Assembly: GCF_022045235.1 (NCBI RefSeq)
Contig: NW_027266264.1
Coordinates: forward strand, 73,098,001 to 73,162,000
DNA length: 64,000 bases
Direction of reading: 5' to 3'
From: Haliotis cracherodii
Lineage: Eukaryota
The position numbers and the translations under genes were made by a program. The notes under the pieces are model-generated. The model was given only the letters and a program-made list of their open reading frames with translations. It was not told the DNA's origin and did not search any database. Every line of letters starts with the position of its first letter. The stretch's first letter is position 1. Shown piece after piece: positions 61,501 through 64,000 of the stretch.

Positions 61501-62655
61501 GCAAAGTTAACTCAACAACTCTCAGAGGTGCCAACCGTTATGATTTGGGTGGAATCATTATGATCAAGTATGTGATATACGTTATGAATTTTGAAACCAT
61601 TGCCAGTAATTTACACCAGTTTTACCACGCTACTGCATTGTCATAATTATATCGTACTGAAAGAGGAATCAGGCCTATTCCCCCTTGTGTCTTTGCAATC
61701 TCTGAACCAAGGAGAAGGTGAACATGCTAGGGCATGACATGTTTTATAATGCCAGAAACTCTACATTGTGGGAATGGTACACTTTACATTATTGCAATAC
61801 TTTTGCATAGTCAAGATGCCACCAATAGACACCCATAGGTCTCATCTAACAATCTCCCATTGCAGCATTTCTGGTGTTCCTCATCGCCCCCAATAGACAC
61901 CCATAGGTCTTATTTAACAATCTCCCATTGCAGCATTTCTGGTGTTCCTCATCGCCCCCAATAGACACCAATAGGTCTTATTTAACAATCTCCCATTGCA
62001 GCATTTCTGGTGTTCCTCATCGCCTCCAATAGACACTCATAGGTCTGATATAACAATCTCCCATTGCAGCATTTCTGGTGTTCCTCATCGCCTCCAATAG
62101 ACACTCATAGGTCTGATTTAACAATCTCCCATTGCAGCATTTCTGATGTTCCTCATCGCATCCAATAGACACCCATAGGTCTGATCTAAGATCTCCCATT
62201 GCAGCATTTCTGATGTTCCTCATCGCGTCCAATAGACACCCATAGGTCTGATCTAAGATCTCCCATTGCAGCATTTCTGATGTTCCTCATCGCGTCCAAT
62301 AGACACCCATAGGTCTGATCTAACAATCTCCCATTGCAGCATTTCTGGTGTTCCTCATCGACTCCAATAGACACCCATAGGTCTGATATAATGATCTCCC
62401 ATTGCAGCATTTCTGGTGTTCCTCATCGCCCTGGTGTTTGCGGAGATGTCCAATGACCCGACCTGGATGCCGAGACCGTGGATGAACTACCTGTCCTGGA
62501 GCTACGGTCTGTGTGTCCTGTCCGGCTTCTTTTCCGCCTTCGCTGGCATGTTCACCTTCATCATGGGCCTCATCTTCAGGGACAAGGAGCGCGGCATCAT
62601 CGGCAGCGACACACTGGACACTCGACTGGAGAAGATGAAGCAGAAGGAGATCGAG
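58507..62655 (+). CDS. Invertebrate claudin-like tetraspan, gene C3 (3' end probably in a further exon)
   Basis: Exons 58507-58762, 60318-60482, 62408-62655 (phase 1/1). TPYW...IGLWHVCL...YVGCWW; WFRGIQAL; WMPRPWMNYLSWSYGLCVLSGFF; probable donor GAG|GTATGG at 62656, otherwise the frame reads on to a stop at 62760. Confidence 0.88.
59232..59473 (-). mobile_element. SINE-like family S2 copy, back-to-back with an S4 copy
   Basis: S2 consensus. Confidence 0.8.
59475..59787 (+). mobile_element. S4 SINE copy
   Basis: GACCGCCTCCATGGTCTAGTGG head and Meta-like domain. Confidence 0.78.
59945..60126 (+). mobile_element. SINE family S1, diverged copy
   Basis: S1 layout with (CACT)n tail. Confidence 0.75.
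60558..60700. repeat. Perfect 37-bp inverted repeat enclosing a degenerate hammerhead-like core; probable Penelope pLTR remnant
   Basis: 60558-60594 is the exact reverse complement of 60664-60700. Confidence 0.8.
61009..61342 (+). mobile_element. SINE-like family S2 with internal ~72-bp duplication of the head
   Basis: TSD AGATGTCC(T/A)TGA. Confidence 0.85.
61820..62430 (+). repeat. 67/68-bp tandem repeat whose unit is the intron 2/exon 3 junction of claudin C3 (9 acceptor copies)
   Basis: TCTCCCATTGCAG|CATTTCTG(G/A)TGTTCCTCATCG with TGCAG at 61861, 61929, 61997, 62065, 62133, 62200, 62267, 62335 and 62403. Confidence 0.95.
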
Positions 62656-64000
62656 GTATGGCCTGAAAACTTTACAGCCTCCTTATTAAGTAGTGCTGTC
62701 TCCCGGGATTCTAGGATGGAATATTCCTTGTATCCTATGCTTGTCGTAAAAGGTGACTAAATGATTAGGGTTATCAGGCTCAATTACTTGATTGCTTTCC
62801 CAACTCTCGGGACGGGACGTTGCTATTATTGTCAACCACTGGTTTATCACTTGCTTATTTACAGACTGCCGTGGCCTGGCTGGAATATTGCTGACTGCAG
62901 TGTTTTAGATCAAATAAACAAACTGGTGACTAAGGGCACCTAAATGAGGTGCTTCATGTGCAGCGTTTATCCCTTAGTCATGCGAAGATCCACTGGCTGG
63001 GGGTGAATCCTGCTGAAATATTGCTGATGTGACTTTATTTAACTTACTTGAATCCTAGATTCAACCTGATTATGATCCTGACATTTGTGCTTGTTTTTTT
63101 GGTCAAAGTTGTAAACAATTGTAATCTGTTATTTTGGGCTTTCCTGTAACATTGATATGACAGAACTTATCCTATCTCACACTATGCATATCTTCCTTCT
63201 TCTTTCAATCCTTATGCAGAAATGGGCTTGAACAAAGTTTCCAACTTCTAAAAACAATTCACCTGAACACATCCCAGCATCACCATGGTCACCACCCAAA
63301 CAAATGGCTCATACAATGTAATACTTCTGCCACATCATTCTCTATCTCATCACCACCCTGTGGAGACGGGTATTGAGTTTTTGAGAATACATTTTTTTTT
63401 GTAGGCCACGTCCTCAATTCTGTCAACTTTTATAACACTAACTTGAAGAGGCAAAGGGTACAGAACATGAAAAACACCCAGCCTGCAGACATAAACTACT
63501 GATCCTCATGATCATTGTTGTGAGTGTTGCGGCCATTGTTATGAAGACAGTGTTCCAACCTCACCAAGGAAGCTTTCAATATGTTCCTACGCAAATGCCA
63601 CAAGCGTGATGTTGACCACTTGTCGAAGTCCAAGGACGTTGAACATACTAAAGACCGATGGTGATGGGATTGCTCTCACACCTCAGACAAGGATTGTCGT
63701 GCTTCCTCAGAGAGTCGCCGTTCCATTAATCCATGCTCTCGGGATCATTTGTCAAATTATCAACATTTCAAGGATTGATGTTCCAGATCTACGAGTTGCC
63801 CCTCTCTACACTCAACACTCACCAGATTAGGAGTGTCGCTCTACTGATCGAACAGGAGCTCCTGCTCGACATGACAATTGCTGTCATTCAAAGGATAATT
63901 CCTATTCAGATTTTGCTGATCGGTTGTTGACTTCTACAATTTATTCAGATCATCGGCATTGGGGGGATAATCCCCGTTCCTACTCCACGAACCCTCCTCA

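Noticed and set aside
63390-63510. Terminal exon of claudin C3 after TTTTTTTTGTAG (63404)
   Set aside because: Plausible acceptor but gives only a short nondescript peptide; cannot be supported without transcripts

Overview
Eukaryotic, intron-rich, SINE-dense DNA. The SINE types suggest a mollusc, probably a gastropod such as abalone (inference). Most listed ORFs are artefacts of repeats, so I rebuilt the genes by reading splice sites by eye. (1) A tail-to-tail pair of six-exon paralogues encodes type II membrane proteins of the DUF1647 (glycosyltransferase-like) type: + strand 4324-13992 and - strand 21993-29980. (2) A cluster of invertebrate claudin-like (PMP22/Claudin, Sinuous/Kune/Megatrachea-type) genes: + 35049-38483, - 45615-50014 and + 58507-62655 onward. 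An extra intact claudin first exon at 56288-56585 (-) has no exons 2-3 of its own that I can find. The best reading is one claudin gene with two alternative first exons encoding different first extracellular loops, as in vertebrate CLDN10a/b and CLDN18.1/18.2. Two intronic minisatellites appear to be amplified splice junctions, one of them nine tandem copies of a 3' splice site. The rest is four SINE-like families, Penelope-like and Tc1 remnants, and many tandem repeats. One SINE family lacks a tRNA head and begins instead with a sharply defined, pseudoknot-capable 5' domain that is a ribozyme candidate. All gene models are manual and need RNA-seq confirmation.
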